Source of the DNA: Amphiscolops sp. MND2022
Taxonomy: Eukaryota
Direction of reading: 5' to 3'
DNA: 60,000 nucleotides
NCBI GenBank assembly: GCA_964187785.1
Contig: OZ076413.1
Span: 44,642,001 to 44,702,000, forward strand
The notes beneath the pieces were generated by a model, which saw only the letters and a list, made by a program, of their open reading frames with translations, was not told the DNA's origin and made no database searches. The translations under genes and the position numbers were made by a program. This document shows, piece after piece, positions 50,401 through 60,000 of this stretch (position 1 is its first letter; the number at the start of each line of letters is the position of its first letter).

Positions 50401-53400
50401 ATTTAGTTTCCTTTAGTTGAACGTTAACGTTCGTCGCTTCGAGTCTGTCTTAAATAAAAAAAAACGAGTGACTGTAATAGTTGGGCTCTTTTCTTAAGAA
50501 AAGCGCCGACTAAAAAGAAGTTCTTTGCCATTATCTTCTTATCATAACTTTGACACAATGCAACAATTAAAGTATGGTGGACTTCTCAACTAACTTTCTT
50601 CTCGTCCTTCTTGTCCTTTCTCCTGCACCAGACGACAACGAATATGTAGACACCCAACACGACCATTAGAGTCACGAAGACAGTCGGGTTCTCGTTCAGA
50701 CTGCCCAACATTTTCAGCGAGTTCATCACGTCCAAGTTGTTGGGTGGCACGAAGAACGAGCCCCCGAATGACGACAAGTGGGTAGTCTTGCACTTGATCA
50801 TGGCACAACTCGTGCTCGGACTGGGTGAGGTCCCGGTCAGGGTGTACTCTTGGAGAGTCTCGTTGTAGTAGAGACACGAGGTCGAGTAGATCACAGTCTC
50901 CACTTGCTGGAGAGCAGTGTGATCGGCAGTTTCCGGGAATTGGGCCATCACAACTGCGAATGCAAAACCCAGATGACTCAGTTTTATTGGGTCGCTTTGA
51001 GGAGTTCATTGGGTCGCTTTGAGGAGTTCAATACAACAAATTGAAAAAAAATGTTCGAACCTTGTTCCGCATAACGTTCGGGCAAGAAGATTTTTGGAAC
51101 AACGTTGGTGTTTTTTTAAATTCAAGAAGGTTGATTACAAAGTTTGGAAGAAAATCAATTCATTTTGAGGTTTTTCTCAACTTCAGAGAAACCACTTTTT
51201 CATAGTGGCACCTAAAGATAATTTCATAAGGTCATCTATTAATAAAGGCAATACAGACGCTTAGCCTATAATGGATGAACATTGTGAAATCATTGGAATT
51301 GAGTCTCAATAAATCACTTCCTTCAAGTCCCAAATATACTCACCTATGGACCAGCCACCGACTTGATCAGCCAGAGTGAATCCAGACACAAACACTCGAT
51401 AGCACTTGTCTACCTCTGTCTCTGTGTCCAGACATTCGTCTTGGGTCTGTTGCGAAATGACACCAATCCCGTCTATTGCAACACTCTCGATCGTGTCATT
51501 CAAGATGCGAGGATCAAACACCTGTTGTGTGGGAAAACGGGGGTTCATTCACAAAACTGGGAAACGAATACTTCATGAAAACGATTGGAGTTCGTGTGAT
51601 TCTCTTGCGCTAACTATACCAAGAAAATTTTGAAATGACGATGTGAAATTTTTATAAAGTTTTTTCCACTTTTTAACGGTTACTTTCATAGTTTCGTCAT
51701 TTTTTGATGCATCATCTCTGCAAACGTCAATGAATCTTTAAACATCTTCATTATAATGTGGAATTGAAATAGAATTGTGAATCAACTCACGTAGATGAAC
51801 TCATCTCCACTTTCCGTTGAGTTAGTCAAAGGCGTAAACTCCATGTTGAAATCTTCCTCCGTCCAATTATATTTCGAGAAATTATAGCGCCCTCTAACGA
51901 TCAGTTCATTTGCTTGCAATGCTGACATGTTCAGACAGAAATCAACGATAAGCCCAGAATTGGGAGTGGAAATTTCCACGTCAACTGCCAAGTAATTAGT
52001 TTCCAGCGTCAGGTTCGCGTTGGCCGTAGGTACTTTTATGGGGTCCAGGTTCTTGTTGGTAAACTCTATGGCTTGGTCCAGGGGTAAATCCCTCACTTTG
52101 ACTATTTCCAGAGAACAATCATCCGAACCTTCCTCGGTTTGAATTTTCATGAGTTTGATGCTGATTTTCTCGCTATCAGGGGCGTTAGAAGCAGGCATTG
52201 GGTCAGCACAACCCAAGAAACGGATTGTCTGAAAAACAGGGTTGAAAATTTTTGAATAATGAAGTTTTTGATCAATTATTAGGAACATGATAAAAAATGA
52301 ACTTTAAAATATGACCACAATGAAATTCAGTCTCAGTAAGTTTACGAGAGAAGCTTAAAAAAGGATGGCTTGATATTTCTGAATTTCAGAAGAATTAGAA
52401 ACACATTCGGCAAATCTGCAGTTTAATTTGCAGTTACAACGAAGCGATTTAAACTGAAACCACATGGCTGCAAACATGGCACCATAGCTTGATTTGGGGA
52501 GATCTTAGAAAAACCGAACTGCTAATTCGGCGTCCACCCTGAAAATGAGCCTTTTCATTTAGAATCCGCCAAAAAATGAAACTATTCTTAGAACTTCTTG
52601 AACTTCTGCCCAATGTATGACTCAACACCAAGCCAGAATTTTTGAAAAAGTTGTTCAGAACATGAAAGCAGCTCTTCGTGAAGAAAATTTGGACAGGGCT
52701 TGTTTCTTGTACATCGTTATTGTTTGATACTAACACAAAGCGCGCATGAGTCGTTGGCACAGGCCTCTGGCAACACTGGAATGTGGGTTCCAGTGTCTGT
52801 GAACAGCTGGTTGCTGGACCGGGTGCAGTTCATCTCGAAGACGGGGTTGTCTTCCGTCACCCTCACCGTAGGGGCACTCTCTCCAGGGGCCAGACCACAC
52901 ACCGCAGAGGACGAAAGGTCACTCAGGGCTGTGCGCAGGGTCGTAGCCAAATTCATGTCCTGCATCATCAAAAGCAAGGCTGTGAATAATGAGAAAAATC
53001 AAAATTTCAATCAAAATTTGAAGACTTTTGCAGCAATCACGATATGGCATGTCAGAAAAGAGTAGTGGTTTCTTTTTTTACAGATACAATTCTCAAACTC
53101 CACTCATTTTCACCATAATTTTAACCATGACTTGACGATCTTCCAATAAACTCACTTTGGAACTTCGCCTCTGATCAAACGAAAATTAAAAGTATCTTAT
53201 GATTAAAGAAAGAAAAACTTATGCGTACAGAAAAATCAAAGGGTTACACCCTATTTCCTACTTTTATTTTTATTGCTTTTCATGTTTGTTTTCTGTATGA
53301 TTTCTCAAATTTTCCCTCGTGCCTGTCTAATCACGGGATTGTTTCACCTGTTGGGCGCTGGATCCACAGACGGGCTCTCGTTCGGTCTCGTTCATCAGAG

Positions 53401-56400
53401 CTGACGCAGTAGTAGGAGCAGCAGTAGTTGTTGTCGTGGTTGTAGTAGTAGTAGCCAATCTCTTCTGGGCAATCTTGGCATTGGAAGCAGAGAGAGTTCT
53501 GGCAATGACACTGGACCCGCTTTTGGTGCTCCTCGCTTTGTTCTTACCCTTACTCTTCTTCAGAGCTGTGAAGCTTTTGCCCATCAAGTTGCCGATTTTA
53601 CCCTAAAAAGTCACTTTTTCAGCGGTTCGTTGTTCTTCAATCTTGTAGAATTTTGATTTCTGAGGAATATTTCACTTTATTGTCAAAAAACTTGTTAGTT
53701 TTTTATGCATAGCAGTATTGCTATTTTGTGTTTGACTTGGACAAGAAAGACATCATCAGTGACTGAGAATCGATCTAACCATTGATCCTTCGTCCATGTC
53801 ATCGATGTTGAATGTGTTTGCAACCATGGTCACTTGTATGACACTGTCATCGCCCTCAACTGAGGCCCCATCCAGCACATTGGTAGCACTTGCTGTGCAC
53901 TCAGCGTCACAAGCTTCCGATGCTGACGCAATCTTCGAGATGGCCTCTGATTGGCTCTGCTTGTCGGTGATCTTCAAACCAGCCATCATGCCATTCACAG
54001 CTTCTTGAGACACTTTGTTTTCACACTGCAAAACAAGAAAACCCCTAAACTTGATATCTTTGATAGCCTAGCATTACATTTGGAAACCACGTTGCTCTTG
54101 ATTATATTTTCCAACTGAGAAGCCAATGTTTTTAAGCAATTAGCTGCAATTCGAGAAAATTACGGGAAAGTTTTTTGAGGAGAAATTTTTGGGAAACATT
54201 CCTTGATTTAAGCGCAATCCACGTTCTTTCCACTCGCTATTCTCATGCAAAAAACGTTTGTACACACATATAAAGGACTCAGTTATCTGAAGCACTGAGA
54301 ACTCTTGGGAAACTAAACTTCAAGAAACAATTGAAATGCAATGTTTGGAAGTTGAATGCATTCGTTGGTTCAATGGAAAACTATTTCCGCCTTTTTGATT
54401 TTTTTTCATTTTTTTTGTAATTTCGATCAGAGAGGCGGGTAATTAATTGCATGTTCATGATAGTTTTGGTTGGAACAGATGCTTCCCTTCAGTTTTTACT
54501 GAACTTCATGGTGTGACATATGCAGACATGACCTCCAAACTTTCAACCGTTAATACGGATATCAGACAGAGAGATATTTGGTGCTATTGACCAACAAAAC
54601 TCTAAATGCTGTCAATTTATGTTACACATGTACGAAACCATTTAGTATACGATTTGATACAGTAATCAGATGCTTGATACAATAGTTAACTCTTAGAATA
54701 GCAAACACCGTTTTACCTAGTTTCCTGAGATTACAACACATGGTTGGTATGAGAACTGAAGAAGCTGATATGGTATCAAAACTTCGGTGTAAAATTTAAG
54801 TTTAACAAAACTCACGTCTATGTGAATGAAAAAACCAGATAGATCCAAACAACGTTTCAATTTTTCGATTTTTTTGGATATGAAAAAGCAAACAGCCGAC
54901 TTCCAGCCTGAATGACTTTTGATATATTCTGGAAGTTCGGAAAAACAGCCCCGCATATTCAAAAACTTTGCTATGTTTCAGCTTTATGTGGACTTCTGAC
55001 GATCGGAGCTTGTTTTTAAACCCAGTTATGTTGGTTCCTTCGGTTATTCCTCGAGCCCACAGAACTTGAGAACCCATGTTGACTATTTTTGGCCGAAGAA
55101 GCTAACAATTTCGTATTGAGAGTGACAATTTTAGACAATTGAGAGTGAAATGAAAGAGTTACTCACAGACACGTAGATGGTGTGATAGGTAGCGATTCCA
55201 CATGAATCAATAGCCCTCAGCTTGACTGGGGTGGATCCCGACTTCAAAAATAGAGTGAACTTGGGGGTAGGCAAGTCTTCAACTGAAGTGGGCACATCGC
55301 CTGCAAAACAATAACAATGGCTCACTCTCAGGAAAAGTGCGAAACTTAATGCAGTCGAAACGTTAATTTTTTCCGAGAAATAGTTAACAATGAGAAATAG
55401 TTAATAAGTGAAAATAATTTTTTCGCACATAGTTATCGGATCATTTCAACAAAACCCCTGTCAACAAAACCCCAGTCTTGTGAAACTTTACCAACTGATG
55501 AACTTGCCAAGACTTGGTGAGATTAACGCACCTCATTATATATCGGAAATTGGTCACCGACTGTGTCCGCTGAAAAATTGATAATTTGAATTTTGAACAT
55601 CCTAAGGGGTAACAAAAGTGAATTAAATATTCTTTCATTGATTCATTCCAGCCAGCTAAGACTCAACTGAATTCATTAGAACTGGGAGGATCATTCTCGG
55701 CGCCTACTGCAGGCGTCTACTCAGGCGCCTACTGGAGGTAATGTAAACAATCAAGGAAAGTTCACTACGCAACTCAGCAACCCAATTTGGTTTCTGAAAG
55801 AAAAAGTTAACGCTAAAGAGCTTACAGAACATTCAAACTTTGCATTCAAAACTTGTTAAACTTCATATCAACTATCACAGAACTTTCAAACATATACCCA
55901 TAAACCACCATACAGAAGCATTCTTACTTATGAGTGCGTTGAATTTGATGGGCTTGTAAATTCCGGTAGCCAGGTCACTGTCAAAAGAAAGAGCTGATTG
56001 GTTAACGACAGGCTCACAGTCTTGGGGTGGAGGATATTGCTCGTATTGGTTGGCGAATGAGTCTTGGAACACGGGGCCGACGTGCTGCTCGTAGAAACGA
56101 CACAGGGTACGGCTCCTTCCACCCAGATCTCGAGAGAACTTGAAGAAGACACAGAGACAAAGTCCTTCCTGAAAACAAAACAGAACAAAACATTCCAAAA
56201 TGATACTTTTCAAACAATTTACTGATGGGTTTCAAGAATTAAAAAAAATTCAGATAAGCAGGAGCCGCTAACGGGGAAACTTTGGGCTTCAATAATCAAT
56301 AATGGTTCCGCAAAATTTCTTGAATTTTCATTAATGTTTTTTTCCGCGGAAAACAATCGGTTGAGAGATACCCAACTTTGATGGATTGTGAAGTCTTTCT

Positions 56401-59400
56401 CGATCACTGGAGCGACACTCTTTGAAAAAAAATGTGAAAATTTACCAACACTAGGCTCAAAAATTTATTTGAAATTCACAGTAGCGAAAAATAACTTTTG
56501 GGGTTAAAGGAGCTTTTTCCTAACTTAAAAAAAAAGATAACCAATGGCACTACGATATTTTTCGTTTTTCGTACACTGTTACAACCAAAAATTTACAAGG
56601 GAGGACCTTTCAGAGTAAAAAAACTCTTCTCATCTGAAAATATAACAAAAATGATTTTCCCGGTTCATTTTCAAGTGCTGAAATTACCCAAAGTTGTGAC
56701 CCTTTAGGCTCAAAAAACGCGTCTTTTAAACTGAAAACATCAAAAAACGAAACAGTGAACTGAAAAAAGTGAAAGAAAAAATATGTGAAAAGTCCACAGA
56801 GCCTGAAAAATTGTCTAACTACCCACAATTATTGAGAAGACTCATCACAGGGCCCAAAAACAACCATAAAGGTCATCCTTAAGACGAAAATCAAACGGCG
56901 CCCTTCGGTTTTGAAAAGTTCAAAAAGTCGCCTAGTACCAAAGTCGCCGAGGACCCTTTGCTCTTTTCTAGATTGATAGATCACGTTAGACAGCGGAAAA
57001 AGTTAAAGAAAAACCCTTCGACTTCGGTTAGTACTGTTTAGATTTTTTTAGGCTGAAAGATTGAAAAAGTTGACTTTTCTGATTAGAAATTGCCATCTTA
57101 CAAAAAACTCCTCATGGAACAATTTGTCCACTTACAGTGTTTGGCGAATCGAAGATGGAACAGACGTTAATGGTCTTGAACTTGAATTTGTTGTTGGAGA
57201 GCATGTCAAGGGTTTTGTCACCCCGGAAGTAGTTGAAGTCGGGTGCGGCCGCGTTGCATTCGTACCCCTCTTGCTTGATCCTCCATCGCACTGTGATCTC
57301 ATCGTCAGGCACGTCCATGCAGTTATCACACTTGACATCAACCTTTTAGAGCAACAATTCACGTGAATTGTTATTATTTCAAACACAAGTCAGAGTGACT
57401 TCACTATAACGTGATGATGATGATGATGAGGCAAAAATTTGTTCATCACTTGCGAGGAAATTAATTCAACATGAAAAATAAAAAAAAACTTTTTATCCCA
57501 GAATATATCTCGAGTCTGAGATAATTTAGATTTTCGTTTAACCGAATAGTCGTTAAAAACAACGAGTTAATTGCTTAATTGATAAGATAACTCAATTACC
57601 GAAGAAACAACGTTTTGAAAAAAGTTCATTTGCGATAAATGGACAACTCAAACGAATGTCCATCACACCCAAAACGACTCTACAGTTTTCAAACCTGAAC
57701 TTATAATCAAAATTGCTAGAATTTCGTAATGAAACAGCACTTGTAATTAGTATTTGTAATTACAGTGTAGAACCGTTTAGTTTTTTAAACTACAGTCTGC
57801 AGGGTTCAAGTTCATCTTTTTTCAACTTTTTCCGTTAATCGAATAAATTTTTTAGCTGCTTAGCAGTTTATTACCCGGTTAAACGGTTAGCTGGTTAACA
57901 GATCCAGGCACTAGCTGGAACACGAACCTCGAATTCAGCGAACTCATCGCAGTCGATGGAGCACGTTTTTAGCTCCTCGCTCTCAACCAGTTCTATCTCC
58001 GGTGCCCCTGGGGAGATGACTTCGAGAGAGTGGGAGGTACAGGAGGCAGGTCGGTTTGGGATCGAGTCAGAACAGCAGTACTCCATTCCTATCTTCTCAC
58101 CCTCTGTGTATCCATGGTCTATGGGGGACTCCACTTCAACGATGGAGCCCTCCACCGTGCTCTGTGCTGCTTCGCCTGTAGTGATATGACGTCATATTCA
58201 GACAACACATAATGAATGTCTTGCTTCATTATGAAATTGTGGGAAAACCAAAAACCGGAATACAGAAAATTTTGCTATTTCTCAATTTCGAAATGGTTGT
58301 CAACAATTACAACTTTCAATTTGAATGAAGTTCTGTGCCTCGCTCGCAAATAATACACTTGGAAAGTAGTGAATTTTTTGAACGTTTTGTTTTTTTTTTC
58401 AATGAAGCTATATCATGCATTATGTGGAGAGCCAATAGATTTCCGCACAATGTTTAACTTTGTAAGCAAATGTTGTGATAATTACCGAAATGATAAGGAA
58501 ATTTTACTGAACCCAACAAAGCCCACCCTTTATCATAATCATTCTAATTGCCATTAGTGTCGTAGTAAAAACTGCACTAACCATCAATGGCTGTGTAGTT
58601 GACAGTTATGTAACACTCATCACAGTTTCCGAGGCTGTCTGGGTCCTCGGATGAGAACTCGATTGTCTTGTCAGCATTGACCACAATTGAAGTTGTGTCC
58701 GGATTCTTCAGGGCACACTTCGAGGGAGACACCTTAAAGGTGACACTTCCACACGCCGTGACTGGGGTCTCAGTCGACACCCCATCAATGTACTTGCAGA
58801 ACTTCTGGCACACCTCGATTGTCATGTCCTGGTTGGGCTGCCTTTCGATCAGATTGTAGGGCAATTCAGTAGCCACAAAACTGGAAACATCAGTAGGTAG
58901 GAAAAAATAGTCGCTAAATGGCATAAAAACCCCTAAGAAACAACTTGGAAAAAAATACCCAGGACAATCGAACCGGATCTTTTAAATTTGACCTAGTTCG
59001 TTCAATGTTTCTGGTGAAATCATTTTCGGTAGTACACAAATTTCAATTTTGACTCTCAAAAATTTTGATAGGTCGCGCTCATGCTTTTCTTCGTTATTTT
59101 TTAATTTTATGATAAGGTATGCGGAAAACTCGTCGAAAACAATTCGCCGAATGCAACTCGTCGAAATTAAAGGGCGGAAAACTGGTCGAAAAATAACTCG
59201 TCGAATGATAATTAATAGCCTTTTTAGTTATATAATTGCCTTTTTAGCCTTTTTAGTTATATAATTGCTTGAAATGTTTCACTTTTATAGTTTACAGTGT
59301 AATACTTCTTATTAATTTAGAACTTCATAACACGGTATGATCACAAAGTTAGCACTATATTTACCTGAGATTTTCTATTCTTGCGACGAGTTTTCCGCCG

Positions 59401-59904
59401 GAGAATTTTTGGCGAAATGCTTTTCGACGAGTTTTCCGCCTAGTGTTTTCGATGAGTTGTTTTCGACGAGTTTTCCTAGATTCTCATGATACCTATACTT
59501 TAGTTGTCTTATTTGTTGCAGTGTTCACACAACTAAACACAGTTTTCATACTTTTCATCTTGCACGCCATTGATGGACCACTGTGCGTCTGATCCGGTGC
59601 ACTTGTGGATGACGTCACAAGTCTGGGTCTTGGCGAACGTGATCAGCACGTTTTCGTCGCGACCCACTAGACTGGGCACTGGATAGGCATCTCCGCCAGC
59701 CGCCGGTTTCATCATCAGTTCCAGAGTGAGAGATGGTAAGTTGCAGTGGTCACAATGGATGGTAAGAGGCTGTGTCACTTGGTAGCTCTCATCCAGATCA
59801 TTTTTTATCAGGGCATTAACCACGTGTGTACATCTGCCGGTCTCACAGCCACATTCGATCTCGAACTCGGGAACCATTCCGTCGTCGCCAGTTATGACAG
59901 AGAT
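32493..59904 (-). CDS. Polycystin-1-like (PKD1L/REJ-type) membrane protein, 5' end outside window; 29 exons visible, ~2170 aa
   Basis: Exons on - are 59904-59552, 58880-58582, 58175-57928, 57342-57136, 56168-55928, 55300-55167, 54025-53780, 53602-53348, 52959-52735, 52228-51791, 51521-51344, 50953-50595, 49440-49163, 48612-48447, 47754-47551, 47185-46852, 46533-46343, 46017-45820, 45519-45323, 42629-42466, 42021-41740, 41478-41237, 40603-40498, 40121-39950, 39327-39153, 34345-34192, 33965-33838, 33391-33251 and 32687-32493. All junctions are GT-AG and in phase (6510 nt including stop). Motifs: GPS (HLSSF), PLAT, IWFSVF..P.RSNFTRVQRASCC, TOP (LVGAARIRQVR; NNWLDTLTRAIIVEFTVFNPNVNLF) and channel helices. 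Confidence 0.93.
36400..37600. repeat. Degenerate ~180-190 bp tandem repeat (6-7 units)
   Basis: TCCACGAAGTC-like motifs recur at ~36580, 36760, 36946, 37139, 37324 and 37499, together with GTCAATTTGAG and TACTGGACAAC. A more decayed unit lies near 35220-35330. Confidence 0.8.
37950..38780 (+). mobile_element. Degenerate Tc1 (DD34E) transposase remnant in a PKD1-like intron
   Basis: RARIAVKKP, IFQQDNAKCH and DWSSQSPDLNVIENLW; frameshifted, left end not found. Confidence 0.85.
39153..42629 (-). CDS. PKD1-like exons encoding the TOP domain and polycystin channel S1-S4
   Basis: Six in-phase exons: RIRQVR, YGPGGY, WLDTLTRAIIVEF, KYLRQFWNWIE and LKLMHMLRFNKKMS. Confidence 0.92.
43230..44130. mobile_element. 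GC-richer interspersed element, unclassified (possibly Helentron-like)
   Basis: Abrupt GC rise inside a PKD1-like intron, with recurring TGAAATTTGGCA / TGAAACCT / AACTTGGCA motifs. Termini not resolved. Confidence 0.35.
48447..49440 (-). CDS. PKD1-like exons 49440-49163 and 48612-48447: PLAT/LH2 domain
   Basis: YDVTVYTG..DAGTSSNVTVVLCG...GSVDSFILTTP..LGDLESIQVWHNNKG..PSWYLKHILVKD...F..NRWLAVDKDDG. Confidence 0.93.
50031..50512 (-). mobile_element. Helentron/DINE-1-like element, copy G (close to copy A)
   Basis: The reverse complement shares AAGACAGACTCGAAGCGACGAACGTT..AACTAAAGGAAACTAAA and both termini with 171-671. Confidence 0.8.
50595..50953 (-). CDS. PKD1-like exon: GPS motif and first transmembrane helix
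   Basis: SCLYYNETLQEYTLTGT...IKCKTTHLSSFGGSFFVPPN, then VFVTLMVVLGVYIFVVVWCRRKDKKD. Confidence 0.92.
59117..59485. mobile_element. Foldback-like element with inverted tandem arms
   Basis: GGAAAACTCGTCGAAA repeats on the left and TTTCGACGAGTTTTCC repeats on the right; no clear TSD. Confidence 0.6.
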
Positions 59905-60000
59905 CTACGTCAAACATGTAAATGCGCGCCAAGTGAAAACTTGTTATCTTGTTAGACTAAATCTTACGACCAGTTCTTCTTTTATCTTGTGATAAAATAG

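Noticed and set aside
50986..51030. 23-bp tandem duplication; also short repeats at 39333-39400, 8370-8415, 55700-55735 and (CATTA)n at ~42640
   Set aside because: These are ordinary slippage-type intronic repeats with no further structure.
55928..56188. Ser-rich reading frame (KDFVSVSSSSS...) for this PKD1-like exon
   Set aside because: Splice phases on both sides select the EGLCLCVF... frame instead.

Overview
This is AT-rich, intron-rich animal (invertebrate-type) genomic DNA, not prokaryotic. Three spliced protein-coding genes could be reconstructed by hand with GT-AG junctions in consistent phase. (1) A 4-exon two-pore-domain (K2P/KCNK) potassium channel lies on + at 1878-5168 (~325 aa). 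(2) A highly divergent ~15-exon plakin-family gene lies on - at 26824-5856 (~905 aa). It has tandem CH domains, plakin spectrin repeats and the SH3 insert, and it appears to stop right after the SH3-containing repeat. (3) The 3' 29 exons of a polycystin-1-like gene lie on - from >59904 to 32493 (~2170 aa visible: REJ-like region, GPS, PLAT, TOP and channel domain); it starts beyond the window. Introns and intergenic DNA are packed with transposons: at least 8 copies of a Helentron/DINE-1-like non-autonomous family, an internally deleted hAT with a nested hAT MITE, Tc1 and pogo/Tigger relics, TA-flanked MITEs, Mutator/foldback-like elements (two share a near-identical core between unrelated arms), a LINE fragment and a ~185-bp degenerate satellite. 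No CRISPR array, rRNA or intact tRNA was seen. Most short ORFs in the supplied track are spurious or are pieces of these exons. Family assignments rest on recalled motifs, not database searches.
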